Source: Felis catus (lineage: Eukaryota). Taken from it: DNA of 64,000 nt. A model generated the notes under the pieces. It saw only the letters and a program-made list of their open reading frames with translations. It had not been told where the DNA came from and made no database searches. Of this stretch, positions 24,666 to 38,796 are shown piece after piece; the stretch's first letter is position 1, and each line of letters opens with the position of its first letter. The stretch covers positions 190,652,001 to 190,716,000 of the forward strand of contig NC_058368.1 of the NCBI RefSeq assembly GCF_018350175.1, given 5' to 3'. The translations under genes and the position numbers were made by a program.

Positions 24666-25334
24666 TTTCCCTCTTAGATTCTGCCACCTATTATTGAATA
24701 CAGCGCTCCTGCTATATTCTGAGCAAGGTCCAGGACCAAAAGAACCAGTCTCTCCCCTTCCCTCCTTGGTATGACTCTGGACCACTTACTGCAGTCTAAT
24801 GACATTACAATTTGTGGTCATGTTAGTGTTGTACTGAATTTAAACCAAAAAAACCCCTCCAAATCCCTCAGTGTGTGACCCATTTTGCTGGTAACTACCT
24901 CATTCTGTATTTGTGCTTTTAGGGCCACATTTTGCCCCTTGTAATATGTTACCTTTTAGATTTTCTTTGAGGTCCATAGTTCCCCTCCCCAAAATATATT
25001 AATCTAAGTATCTTGTGAAGGAATATAAAGCTTGATATTCAGCGTCAGGATTTACGTCCAAGCACCGCCATCTGCTGGATGTTGATCTCAGTGTTTTTGA
25101 GGTGTTCAGTAGGGATAACAATATCTCTTTCAAAGGGCTGTTATGAAGCTGGAATGTGGAAATGTAGGGGTGCCTTAGTCAAGGATATGGCATACAGAAA
25201 GTGGTGACAAACAATAGTTTTATTACTGTAGTCATCCAGATAAAAATTCTGTCACACCTGTTCATTCCCTCCTCTCTTCTGGTTAGGATGGATGATCATG
25301 TTTCTTCCTCATCTCTAACCACCTCAGACACTTT

Positions 25335-25493
25335 TAAATACTTATTTATTTGTTTATTGAGAGAGAGAGACAGTCTTGAGCAGGCTCCACACTCAGCATG
25401 GAGCCTCATTTGAGGCTTGATCTCATGACCCTGGGATCACAACCACAGCTGAAATCAAGAGTCAGACACTTAACTGAGCCACCCAGGCACCCC
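25335..25493 (-). mobile_element. Short older Can-SINE
   Basis: gagcaggctccacactcagcatggagcc...ctgagccacccaggcacccc. Confidence 0.88.
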
Positions 25494-28400
25494 ACCCTCT
25501 GGCATTCTCACCATCCATGAGAGGTATCCTGGCTTACACAGTGGCAATATAACAGACTTTGCAAAAAGCTTGCATGTCAAGCGTAATTTAAATCCAAGAT
25601 GTTCAAAGGCAGGTTGGCTGAAGAAGTCCATTTTTCCTCCATAGTATGTTTCAGACTGTTACAAGATTTAGTAAAATGTCAATGGCTTTGAGAGCGGAAT
25701 ATCTCGACAGGTTCTGTATAATCTGTCCATTATATATGCTAAGGGAAAAACTGATCACAAATACTGTGCCTTAGTAGTCTAAAATGGGCTCTGTAATGGT
25801 GCTTAGAGTTTGGATTTTGTAACAAATCGTATTTCTCAGAACCTGGGGTTTCCAAGGTGACTGCATATGAAAGTACAGACATCATAATTGCAGTTTCCAC
25901 AGGAAGTCTTTCAATAGTTCTTCCTGTGCCCTCCCATCTCCAAACCATCACATTTTTCGCTCTGAGAGATTCTTTCTCAAGTGAGATGGAAACTAAATAA
26001 TTGATTTGAATATCAAAGAAATGATGTACATTTCCACACTCCCAGTTCTCATTAATGACAGTAATAATTTTCAATACTTCCCAATAAGACCTAATGCTCT
26101 CAGAACATTTAATGACCCATGCAACTAACCTGACTCCATGTGTAGCAGAGCTAGGCTGTCAACTATTTTAATTAAAAATGAAAATTAAGTAATTAACAAA
26201 TGTTATTTAGATTTCTCCTTTAAATTAAATTGCTAGTTTTGAAGTCAATTCAGCTCAGGAAGGAGCACCAACATGAGTGGATTCTTGTTACCAGATTTGC
26301 CACTCACTTACCATGGAGATCCACTCTCCTCTACACAACGAAAGGGTTAGGAGAGCAAGTGAAAGGGTACTAAAAACCTAAAAACCCTAAAAGCCCTAAA
26401 AACCAAATCCTGGTCCCCATCAGTATACATATTTTGAAAGATTAATAGCAAATGAATGTATGGTCTGTCTGCCATGAGATTCTAATGTAAGTGACCCCAT
26501 CACTGAATCAAGGGGTCATGATGATTTCTGTCCACCCTCAATGTCCACAGTCAGAGACACCCTAAGGAATACCCTGCATTTGTTTGTTTATATGTTATAC
26601 AGTAATTCCTGTCTGTGGGGACCGAATTAAGTGAGCTACCTCACTCTAAAAGGCTGAGAAGTGAAAATTAATGTCTCAGGTGTAAATAATTACATTTCAC
26701 TCGTTTAATACTGGAAAAGCTACTTACTACAAAACTACAACTAAAAATTAATGCATACTTACTAGGTACGAGGTACTGTGCTAATTAAAACAATTTGAGG
26801 AGGAAGTGGCAGAGTGGGTGTTCCAAGCGAACATAGCTCTATTATCGGAACCCATTCTCTTAAAGGCTACCCTAAAACTGCCTCTATTTACCAAGAATGA
26901 GCACATGTTACAGTAACAAGACGAAGTTTTAGGGCTCTAAAGAAAAAGTAACTTCTACTGAAACTTAAGGAGTACCTTAGCTATGCTAAAAGACACTTTG
27001 GATAGTATGAAGGCATTCAATGAAAATGAAGGTCAAGTAGTGTCTGTTTTACATTAATTCAAAATTTCTATTTTGGGCCCAGCCATGAAATAGATGATTT
27101 GGTTAATATCTAGCCACGTACTTTGTGGGTTTTTTTTTTCCCACAACCCATTCTAGGATCCTTTCTTGTTAAATTGGTAACACAGGAAGCCTGAAATTGT
27201 ATTTGAGATCTAAACAGAGAGAGAGGTGAATGGTTCGGTCTCAGGCTCAGTATGATTAGCTGGAGGATTCTAGGTATACCGGTGGCTGACCCAAACTGAA
27301 GGCACATTTCAGAGCGATTTGTGCAGATTTATTAAATATCATCGTATATTGAGAACCTATTAGGTTTTGGACTTCCATGTGGTCCAGGGAATCTGCAGGT
27401 CAAATCCCTACTGAACAGATGAGGCTCACCAAAGGCCACCCAGTCACTGACTCACAGAGGTGAGCCTCATATAACCAGGACTACTTGGCTTCAAAGTAGC
27501 TTTCTCAAAACCTTCCACGGAATTAGCAATTACTCTAGAAGATTCATATGTTCCTGTGGGGCACAGGACCCACTGAAAGGCCAGTGTTTCTTTGAAGTCT
27601 CCTGGAGTCAGCTTAAAAAGTCATATGATTTAGTGTTCTGCAGCATATAATATCTCTATGTAGTGGAAAAAACAATGATTTGATTCATCATGGGCTAAAT
27701 GACTTGACTTCTCCCTTAAAATCCTTAGGCAAAACATTCTCCAGGAAGATGTGTCAATTTTGTCCTGTGGCTTTCTGTATCCTAACTGGAGAAACACTGC
27801 ACTGGAATAAAGCAGAGTGAGTAAACACAGATTCTGGGGTCTGACATTCCACTCAGTAGCTGTGTGATCTTGGATTAGTGCTAACCTTCTCTGACCTCAA
27901 CTTACTCATCTACAAAATAAAGGTAATGATGACTCTAATAGACCCTTTATAGAGCTGTTACCAAAAAAATGTATGTCCATTGAGTGCTCAGTACAGGTCT
28001 GGCCTATTCTGCCATGATTCAGTTGTGAAAGTAGGACAAGAAAAGCTCTCAACTATGGTTAATTATTGGAGATGTAGAATGAAAATACTTGCATACTTCT
28101 CTTCTGCCACTGCTTTGATATTTCAATTGATTCCCTGTTAGGAGTATGATTTAATTTCGATCAGCATATGGCCTTTCAGGATATTTTTGCTCTTCATCTC
28201 AGTTTGTTGAAGAACTAAATCAAATGGGTTTAATCTATACAGAAGCTCATAGAGTTACAAAACTCTGGATCTATTTCAGAGCCTTTAGTGCAGGGGTGGG
28301 GGATGGAAGTCCACTCTAGTAGTGACTACGGCTGGTATCGAGAATATGGCGTATTTCTCTGTTCGCATGTGTTTAATTTGATCACAAAACAAATGAAAAT

Positions 28401-30110
28401 GCAGACAAAAATGCTTTTACAACATGATTTAAATAAAAGCTTGCCCTAGAACTCGGAATGTTTCCTTAAAATATCAATTTAAAATATCAATAGTACTTTC
28501 AAGGTCTTCCTACTCTATTTGTGATATTCATTGGGTGCTTCTTGTATTCCAAGTATTGGCTCAAATCTTTTATGTGTTTCATCCCATTTAATGCTTGCTA
28601 TGACCCTAAGAGATGTGTCCTATCATCATCTCCATTTAGCCAAAGTGATAGACTTCACAGCCTAGAGTCACTGTCTTTTAGGGCTTTGCTCCAAACATTT
28701 CTGCTCATACATGTAGGAGATTGAGAAATATAGAACAAACCAGAGTCTTGTTGCAAGGTAAATCATGAGAATAGTAAAGGCATGTGGCCATAAAGAGAAG
28801 GTCTTGTTCTCACAAAGGAAAGGTCATAGTATAATAATGTGCTATTGTTTACTCAGTCACAAAAACAGTAAGTAAAAGTTCCTAAGAAAAATCCAAGAAT
28901 CTTATGTAGCATATACCATATTTTGATGTAAAGCAAATTCTTTACATGGTGCAGATATCTCTGTTAACAATGGTATTTATCAAGATTATTTATTACGAGG
29001 CATTAAAATAAATCTTTTTTTCAATTACTTTCTAATGAAATGTTCCAATTACCTTTTGAATGGTGACATATGGTTGTAATCAATTCCAGTGGGGATAAAT
29101 CTTGCTTATACAAGGTTTCAAGGGCTCCCTCCTGAACTACATTAATTACTGATGTAAACAAAGATAGAGGATTATTATCATATTTATCGATAAATCCTCA
29201 ACCTCATTGCAATATAGTTCTCTGGGTTAGATGACATTCATCATCAGGTAATTTCCAACAGTTATGGTGCAACTCTGCTATAAAAGGTATGTTTCTGTGA
29301 GCCAGCTGATTTTGGAGCATGTTTATTAATATGGTTGAATTCTGGGGTACCCAGGGAAGAAGTCCTATTGTTGTTGTACATAGTGACAGTGACAAAATAA
29401 TGCTCTTAAGCAACTAGTGGACTAGTTGCTGTTGGCTAACAAATGCATAACTACTACAGGAAAATGTCCACTGCTATTTCTGGGGGCTGTTGAGGAGGAT
29501 GAACTAGGCTTTCACCTGTACCAAGCCTGTGAAGTGCCTCCACCTTTTGGACTAACTTTGTCTTGAATGGGCTTTTATTTTAGTGAGGAACTGGGAGGGG
29601 AGCAGGAAGAAAGTACGATTAGTGTGAGAGAGAAGCCCAGTTTCCCAGCAAAGGAAAATCTTTCATTCCTGTTGAAACCACTTCCTTCCCGTTCTGTGAT
29701 ACCATGTCACTATTGGTTTCAAAACAGGGATTTTCCATGAAGTCATTCTTCCTCATTTCTGTTCATCTTTTGGTCTTCTAAACCTTCTCCAAGCTTTGGT
29801 TTACCCATCTGTTATATGAGGATGATACCAGTACTGGCCTTATAGGATCTGGGGGATTTGAATGTAAGATACTTCATGCCTGGCTCATTTCCACAGTTCA
29901 AAGATGTTAGCTGTTTTATCATTGATGGAGTCAAACAATTTAATATTCATAAGAGAGAAAACTTTCACCTGTTTTTATTTCCTCAAACTACCCTTTATAT
30001 TTTAAAATGAAAGGAAACTTGTGTAAAAGACGGAAGGTGATTTATAAAGGGAAATACATGGACTACCTTCCCTATTTACCATGATGATGAGTAATTTATA
30101 CATATACTCT

Positions 30111-30298
30111 TTTTAAAAATTTTTTTAAAAGTTTATTTATTTTGAGAGAGGCAGAGAAAGGAGAGAGAAAATCCCAAGCAGGCTCCTCACTGTCAGTGCA
30201 GAGCCTAATGCGGGGCTTGAATTCATGAACCATGAGATCATGACCTAAGCTGAAACCAAATGTCAGATGCTTAACCGACTGAGTCACCCAGGTACCCC
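30111..30298 (-). mobile_element. Can-SINE
   Basis: atcccaagcaggctcctcactgtcagtgcagagcc...gagtcacccaggtacccc. Confidence 0.92.
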
Positions 30299-30469
30299 TT
30301 GGAGCTATATAAATACTCTTAACTCACGTTTTATGTGTGAAGGAATTGAGACATAGAAAAAGAAGAGATTTATATTATGGAACACATAGGTAAGTAGCAG
30401 AGATGGATTCAAACCTAAATCTAACTTTACTGTATTCTTTTAGTGTGCTTAAGAATTTAGCTTCTAGGA

Positions 30470-30630
30470 AGGGCGCCTGGGTGGCTCAGTCAGTTAAGTG
30501 TCATGATCTTGCAGTTTTTGAGTTCGAGCCCCACGTTGGGCTCTGTGCTGACAGCTCAGAGCCTGCTTTGGATTCTGTGTCTTCCCTCTCTCTGCCCTTC
30601 CCATGCTCACGCTCTCTCAATAATAAAAAA
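30470..30630 (+). mobile_element. Can-SINE with internal deletions
   Basis: gggcgcctgggtggctcagtcagttaagtg...gagttcgagccccacgttgggctctgtgctgacagctcagagcc...aataataaaaaa. Confidence 0.9.
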
Positions 30631-30879
30631 TGGAAGTAACAATATGCTGGCATTCTTTTGTCAACCTCTACTAAATGGCTTAAGAACCCAGGGGTTCTTG
30701 AGTTATCAGACCAAGAGATAGTAGATGTCTATCTACATTCTGTCACATCTGCCTTTACCTATATTAATCAGATGTTGAACGCTGATGATCGGCTGTCTCT
30801 TCTATAGGTGTTTACTGCGACCTTGTTATCTGTGTATTATGCATTGTATCGAGACTATAATAAAGTACTGTTTAAGAGA

Positions 30880-31025
30880 TTTTATTACTATTCCTCTTTT
30901 GCAAAGAGGAAACTAAGGCACAGAAAGGTTAAGTAACTTGCTCACGTTCACACAGCTTGGTAGGTAGCAAAACTTGGATTTGAACCTAAGCACTCTGATT
31001 CTTACATCGGTGCTCATTTTACTAC
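30880..31025 (-). mobile_element. MIR core
   Basis: gaggaaactaaggcacagaaaggttaagtaacttgctcacgttcacacagc...ggatttgaacc. Confidence 0.8.
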
Positions 31026-34000
31026 CTATCCTGAAGAAGACAAACCTGTAAACTGACAACTGGAAACCAACAGAAAGCATTTACTGAAAGAGAAATAGAA
31101 TGAAGTGGAAGATGGGAGCTGTGAATGGGGGACCTTGGAAAAGCATCCCACAGAAAAAGTCACAGGAGATGAGAGGGAAGGAGACTTCTCCAGGTGATGT
31201 AGCACAAGGTCTTTGTTACTCATGGAGAATAGGATGGGGTAGGCATGGGTGGAGGTGAGGAAATACCATCGAGACCTTATGGACCAAGGAAGGGAATGTG
31301 GAATCTGTTCTCTGAAGGGGGCTAAACAGGACATGACATGGTAGGACTGTGTTTAGTGAGACCATCTGATTTCAGGGAGGAGAAGACATTGCAAGAGGTA
31401 ATAGGCAAGATGGAAAGTGATCAGACAGGTGAAGGGGTTATTGATGAGGGAGATGACATCCAGATTTATGTCTTTAAGCATGAGAAGCAGGGATGGGAGT
31501 GGGATGGAGTTAAGGGGCCGCACTGTGGTACTCTCAGGAAAGATAGACATCTTAGTGGGCAGTTGTATTAGGGTCTGAGGTTCACCACCCATAGAATTAC
31601 TATGATAGGTAAGGTGTGTGAAAGAGAACTAAGGATACAAATATGTCTGAAATATTTTAGGTATTTTCAGAACTTTTAAGCATAGCCATCTTCAAGATGT
31701 ACTGTGCATGAAGATAATACTTAGAAAACAAAATCAAATACGGACATAAATACAACTGAGAAGCGAAAACTCTTGGGAGAAGACTAAAATTTGAAAAGAA
31801 AATCTCAAGACCAAGTATTGGATTTTATGAGATGCCAAGTCAGTGACAGTTAGCAAATAGAGTAGACAGAAAGGGTAATATTAATAATTAACCAAGGAGA
31901 GATATGGATATGTAAATTAATAACCATCAAGATAATTAAGAGTTGGATTATAAAGCAGAAAGTTTTTTTTTTTCTTCAAAGATTGGAAGATTAATTATAT
32001 TGTGTTGCAGACACATTAGTCTGTTGGTCAGGCCTGCTTATGTCTGCTCCCACAATCTCTGCCACGGGCCATGTGAAAATTCCCTGCACTGAGGTATCTG
32101 GAGTGGGGTGGGCCAGTTTGTGTCATCTACAGAGAAAGGGATAAGTTCCTTATTTCTAGATGGAGACCCAATTCCTATTTATGGAACCATTTAGGCCTTT
32201 TGAATCTGATACTCCTGTTTCTTTTTAATACATTTCCATAACCTGCCTTCAGTAGACTTGTAACTGCAGTGGACTTTATAACCAATTGATTCTATGCTAA
32301 GACAGCTTTAAGCAGATGTCCCAGTGGTCCTAAGGCCCTCTATTAGTCTGTAGCCCAGTCTTCCTTGGATAAATGGTTTTGTAAGACCATGCCTCCAATA
32401 TGTAGTACTCCTCAATCAAGCTTGACCCTACCCTGAGATAGCCTATCATTCTTGTCATCACCATGCTAGACAATTCTTAGAACTCTGGACTTTGTTTTTC
32501 CACACTTCCATTATTGTGTTTAAAACCAGACATCCAGATTTAGCATGTCCCCAGTTTAAGCATGGTAGTTCCTCCTCAAGTCTGGTTCTCTTACAGTGCT
32601 CACTATTCCAATGAGTGGCACCACCACTCTTAGTCACCATCTAGGATCCATTCCAGACAGTGCAGAAGTTCTCCAGAACACTGTGTGAAAGCCTTAGTAG
32701 AAATTAGCACCCTAGCATACGACTCTTGAAGAAGTTATATTTTACTGTGATATGCACAAAGGACACATTCTCAGCAAAGTTCTCTGTGAGATCTCAAACT
32801 GGTGGATGTTTATTAAGAAGACAGATTTCTCAAGTCTCTTCAGATCTCCCCAGAGAATGGGCATGGGCTAGTAACTGTGGTTTTCTCTGTTGAGTGTGAA
32901 GTCCTATCAGTGCACAGAAAGCCCCAAATGGGGACTTAAATACTTATATCCTCTAAATATTACCAGTCTAAAATTCTAGCACAATTACATATTTGAAAAA
33001 GGCTTTTAGAAAGCCCTATCACCATCCAGTTATGATACTTTCCTATGCTAAAGTTCCATTCTGCTCCCCTATCCAGAAGTTACATGCTAGTGATGAAGCA
33101 TCCTAGATGAGCATCACATTCAGTTCAGTAACAATGGCCAGTGCCTCGCAGTAAGCTATCTTCCATGATAGATGACCAGCAGGGGGTACAGGTGGTAGGC
33201 CTGGTGAGGGATTTGTCTTGTGCTCTCTTGACTTCCATATTCAAGTCACTGGTAACTATTGCTATCATCCTGGCCCAAGTCACTAAAATCTTTCCTGTGG
33301 ACCACTGTATAGTTTCCTAACTCTGTCTGCACCATGGTCACCTCCAATCCATTCTCTGCATTTCAAGGAGAGTGATCTCTTCTAAATAGAAACTAGATAA
33401 TGTTATATACACAGACCCATGCCTGGCCCAAAACACTTTCAGTGGATCCTCACTGCTTGTAGGCTAAAGATGGAAATTCTTAATATGGTCCACTGATCCC
33501 TACATTATCTGGATACTTCTTAATTATCAAGTTTCATTTAAGACCTTGACCTTCTATACTGCCTTCCTTCCAGCTCTCATATATGCCATGCTCCTCTACC
33601 CCCAGACTACTCACCCATGAACTCCTCTGCTAAGGACCTTCTGCACATCCTTGAGAGGCCTCCCTAATCATGTGACTGGTTCAATTCCCTATGACATACT
33701 CATGTAGCATCTTGAATATTTTCATCATAGTGTTTGTAACTACTACAAGTTTACATATATTTGTGGGATTATTCAATTATGTCTTACCCCCTTACTTGGG
33801 AAAAAGGGAAGGATTTTTACCTGATTATTTTATTTGTTATTATGTCCCATAGGGAGGATGGTGCTAGCAACTTGTGGGTCCAAAATCAACATTTTCTAAG
33901 GAAAAGAGAAGAAAGATGCTCAATGTTGCAAACCTAAGACCTAGCTCAAATACTGGAATCTTCAGGCACTGGATAAGTACATGAAGGAATAAGGATGCAT

Positions 34001-35329
34001 AGGAGGAGTAAGATTACAGTTCAGTGGGATGAATGTGAAAGACCCCCTCCCTCATTTTGCCTCTCAATTTCAGATAATCGTGGTTTGCCTTCCCTTTCAT
34101 ATCTTGTAGAAGTCTGGAGAGATACAGGGTTTCAAAATATAATTTCATTCAGCTCTAATCTTTCCATTAGATTTGACAGTACTGGCATTAAAGGAGCTTT
34201 AATCCTCTCTAAGCAAAGGGCTATTTGGAACTTGATGCCAAGTAGGTGTATTCTCTTTCTTTAATGTTTAATTTACTAGCAGGTAAGGACTATGCAAAAA
34301 GCTTTTACTCTGTGGACATATTTGATTCAGAAGCTGACTGGACATTTAGTGGGCAAGGTGAGAGAGAAAAAAAAAAAGATGGCTGGTTCTCTTCAAAAAG
34401 GGGACAGAGTGTGTTTGTTCTGTATAGCCCTGGAAGTTAGTCAGAGAATCAAGGGTTAGAAGAAGGGAGAGATTTAATTTGTTGTAACATAAAACATTCC
34501 ATAAATGGAATGGGCTGCCTTATAATAGGGTGAGTCCTACAGCTGAGGTTGTTTATAAAGTCCGAATGGCTAGTTGTCAGGGAAGTGACAAGAATAACTC
34601 CAGAACTGGATGTAACATTGGATAAGATGACCTCCAAGCTTCCTTCTCTGAGATTCTATATTTGGTATAAAGTAGATGTTGCATTTTAAGCTTGGGAGGA
34701 GGTAGTAAAACACAGTATGATAAGGGGAGCTGAACAGCCACAGAAGAATTTATTGTGGTGAATTCTGAGCCTGTAGGCCAGGAAAGAGAGTCAACCCAAA
34801 GCCCAGAGTAGTGGCTGTATAGATTTTATGACAACACTGTTATCAGGGCTTTGATTATAGTTGTGACAAGACAAAAATGTATTAATGTGTGAGAGTTCAC
34901 AGCTTTCCCTCCTCTCCACATCTGTCCAAAAATAAACGTGGCCTTGCCTGCTCAGATTCTCTCCTCTGTCCTTTCTCCTTACCCAACAGAATTTGTCTTA
35001 CCTAATAAAAACCAGACACAGAGAGGTGTGGAAGGATTGGCCACCCTGTGGACTGCAGTCTTAGCAGAGTGGGTTGGAAATAGGTGTGGAATAGCTGCCT
35101 CATGGGGGTGACAATATGTGATGGTATAGACTGTGAGACCCATTCTCCCTTATGGAATTTCTTCTCAATTACCCTAGCCTGTCCAATGTGATTCTACTCT
35201 AGGAACAATCTATAGTGTACTCAAGTCTTATAAGGATTATACAGGTATTCTCAAAATAATAATTGCTTCTGTGATCCATTGCTCCCATTTTTCAGATGCC
35301 TATTAACTTCTGTGATCAATGGCTCCTGT

Positions 35330-36620
35330 TCAGCAGGAGTCGAGCATGGAAGATACAGGAATTAAATGTGAAAGTGAATCATGTCTTTTTTTTTTTTTTT
35401 TTGCTAATGACTTTGCTTCCTATTTCACTAAGAAAAAGACAACAGTCAGAAGAGAACTTGCACCCAACTAACCTACATCTGTACTCTGGAAATACTTTGT
35501 CTTCCCTGTTTTCACTGTGCATGGACTCTCCATGCTCCTGGGGTTAAACTCTGACCTTACCCTCTAGACCTGTGCCCTACTTAAGTAAATCATCTTGCTA
35601 TTCTCTCTCCTCCTTTGTAACCTAAATTTCCCTTTTTCTCTTGCATTATTTCCATACGCGTTCAGACTTGCTCCTTAATTTCTCTCACTCTGATATCAAA
35701 AATCCTAAGACATTTGATCATTACTGCTCATTCCATTTCTATTATGAAGACAAAGTCGATGGGCCAGTATCAGTCTCATTAGTCAATCTCTCAGCAGTGT
35801 TTGACACTGGCCATCCTTGCCTCCTTCTTGAGTGTTCCAACACTTAGCTTCTATGACAGTTCTATTAATTCTTTTCTTAACTCACTAGCAGTTTCTCCTC
35901 CTCTCTCTGATCTTAAGACCTGCTACCCAGGGGATTTTAACCAGTGTCATGGTCTGGTTCCCATCTCTAAGTGGATGACTTCCACATCAACATCTCCTGA
36001 CTGGGCCTCTACTCTGGACTTGGATAGTTGCCTATGGAATTTCTCCACCTGGATTCCTCAGATATCTCAAACACAACACATTCAACCGAAACTCCTTATT
36101 ATTGTTCCCCCAGCCTCTATGCCATTCCCCTCTTGTAGCCTTCTCCATCTCTGTTGACTGCAACCTCATTTTTCCAGTTACTCAGGCCATAATCATTGGG
36201 GTCATTAACAATTCCTTTCTTTGTCTTACACACTATGCTGCTTATCTGTGCTTTCAATATATATTCAGAATCCCAGCTCTTCTCAAAATGCCTAGTTCTA
36301 CCACTCCAGCTGTGTCCCAGTCTTATCCTCCCTGTGTGTGTTTTTTAAGTTTATTCATTTAGAGTGGGGGAGGGGCAGAGAGAGAAAGAGACAGAATCCA
36401 AAGCAGGTTCTGAGCTCCAGCACAGAGACTGATGCAGGGCTCGAACTCACGAACTGTGAGATCATGACCTGAGCTGAAATCAAGAGTGGGACACTTACTG
36501 AGTCACCCAGGTGCCCCTTATCCTCCCTGGATTTTGCAAGAGCCTCTTTACCTGGTCTCCTTGCTTTGCCCCCTGACCTTCAGTCTTTTCTCCTCACAAA
36601 AGCCAAATAATTTTTAAAGG
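35330..36620 (+). mobile_element. L2 relic interrupted by a SINE
   Basis: ctctcagcagtgtttgacactggcc..., gatgacttccacatc..., gatatctcaaacacaacacattcaaccgaaactc. Confidence 0.7.
36335..36517 (-). mobile_element. Can-SINE with 12-bp TSD
   Basis: TSD ttatcctccctg at 36323-36334 and 36518-36529. Confidence 0.92.
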
Positions 36621-36701
36621 TAGCACATCTAGGCCAAAACAATCCTTGGAATACTAGCCTAATGAGCCAAAGTTCCCTTTGAGTGAATTAGAAAATAAAC
36701 C

Positions 36702-36973
36702 ATGGGGGAAGGGAAGGGGAAAAAAATACTTACAAAGAGAGGGAGGGAGGCAAACTGTAAGAGACTCTTAAATACAGAGAACAAACTAAGGGTGGATGGG
36801 AGGGTGGGGGAGAGGTGAAAATGGGTGATGGGCATTGAGGAGGGCACTTGTTGGGATGAGCACTGGGGGTTGTATGTAAGTGATGAACCACAGGAATCTA
36901 CCCCAGAAACCAAGAACACACTGTATACACTGTATGTTAGCCAATTTGACAATAAATTATTTTTAAAAAAGAA
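36702..36973 (+). mobile_element. 5'-truncated felid L1 (L1_Fc-like 3' UTR) with 12-bp TSD
   Basis: TSD agaaaataaacc at 36690-36701 and 36974-36985 at a TT|AGAAAA endonuclease-type site; aataaa plus A tail. Confidence 0.92.
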
Positions 36974-38249
36974 AGAAAATAAACCTCTCTTTAGGAGAAT
37001 ACCACCCTTTGCTGGATTGCCTTCCATTCTTAGCAGCCCTCGTTTCACTGTGTGGCTGAAAACCCACAGGTGGTAACTATGTCAGCCTGAGTTAAAGCTC
37101 CAGTTTATACAACCATCTAGAATGCCTCCCCACCCCTGGCCCCCAGCTGCATTCCATCCTCCTCTCTGAACAGTCTCCCCTGTGCTCACTCCTGTTAGCT
37201 GCCTTAGTTACCCGCTGTTCCCTAAACATACAAGGCATGCAACCACAAGGACTTGTGGACTGTGTTTTCTCTGCCTGGACCGCACTTACCCCCCAGGCCA
37301 ACAATATACACAGGGCTTGTTCCTTATTTCTGGTGCCTGCTCAAAATGCCCAGGGGATTAGAGGGCTTCTCTAGCCACCACTCACAATAGGATTCTCCCC
37401 AGGCACTCACCACCCTGCTTATCCTACTATTTTTCCTATTACTTACCTGACATCTGTTTATTAGTTTTATAGTCTATAGCTTCTACTTGACACATAATGT
37501 TCAATAAATATCTGTTGAATTAATGCTCAGTGACTGGTCATTGAAAGGCTTTGATAAAAGTAATGGATACAAATGTGAGATCTCCAAGTTCTGCCTCTCT
37601 TCTTCTTTCCCTCTCACTGAGAAGTTGGTGGGGGGGTGAAACTTCTGGGATAACCAGGGCAGGGAGCAAAATGTGTGAAATCAGTGTGGCTGGATCAGTA
37701 ACACATCTGAATCCCCTCCCCCTTCCCTTGGAAGGTGTTTCTCTCCAGAAAGAACTCTGGAAAAAAGGAATCAAAGGGACCTTTAAATTTGGAGGTAAAT
37801 AAGGGATCTTGTGACCCAACTGTGATCCAGTTCTGTTTATTAAAGTCTAATTCAGGGTTCGGAAACACTTAGAGCTAGAAATAAAATGTTCCTGTGACTG
37901 TCCTTGTCCTCTGTGCCTTGGGCCTATGCTATACAAGTCTCCTCACTGTTTGTATCCATCCATCCATCCTCCACACCCTACCTCCCTTAGAGACCTGATG
38001 GGGATAGCTTTGCCTAGTGGATGGTATGAGATCTCTCCTTTTGTCTCCTTATTTAAAATCCTGGGATCTAGCTCTCTCCTATCCATATGTATCTTAACCC
38101 TGCTAAAAGTTTCGATTGTAAAGAAAACCGCCATCTGCCACTGCTTGGGCATTTAGGTATAGCACTTGGCAGTGCTCTATGTTCACTCATACTGCAACAG
38201 GTAGCACTAGTAGACTGACTCCTGCTCTCATATTTTTAGGCTAACATAC

Positions 38250-38537
38250 CAGTAGACTCTAAGTAGATTATCCTTCGTGAGTGGGCCTTATCTGATCAGT
38301 CAATGGCCTTAATAGAAAATCACTGATCTCCCCAGAAGACGAGGGAATTCTGCCAGCAGACTGCCTTTGGACACTAACAATAATTCCCCCGGGTCTTCTG
38401 TCTGCTAGTCTACCCTGCAGATTTTGCAACTGTTAAGCCTCCACAATTGTGTGAACCAACTGCTAAGAACACCCCTCTCTATGTATGCATGTACATCCCA
38501 TTGATACGGTTTCTCTGGAGAACCCTGACTCACACAC
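38250..38537 (+). mobile_element. ERVL LTR fragment (MLT2D-like)
   Basis: gagggaattctgccagcagactgcctttggac...gcctccacaattgtgtga...tttctctggagaaccctgact. Confidence 0.85.
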
Positions 38538-38796
38538 AGTCTGATAGGAAAGATACACATTATTCAAAAGTCACAACTGTCAGTGAAGAATTATCACAGA
38601 AAATGCCACTGAGGGGAAGTGCATGGGGTAAAGGAAGTATCAACTCGGGGGATGTTTCTCTAGTTAAGGCAGTCAGAAGGGTTCACTGAAGGAGTGGCTC
38701 TTGAGTTGCCATGTGTCAAGGGTAAGGAGAGCTCAGGAAGCAGAAAACAACGTTACAGACAGAGGCAAGAGTTTGTAAAAAGACTTGGGGCAGTTT

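Noticed and set aside
26370..26405. Telomere-like (TAAAAACCC)n run
   Set aside because: Four degenerate 8-9-mers, not TTAGGG; simple slippage.
30790..30870. Plus-strand acceptor-like site followed by AATAAA (30859-30864), a possible antisense terminal exon
   Set aside because: Such motif pairs are common by chance and no upstream exon or other support is visible.
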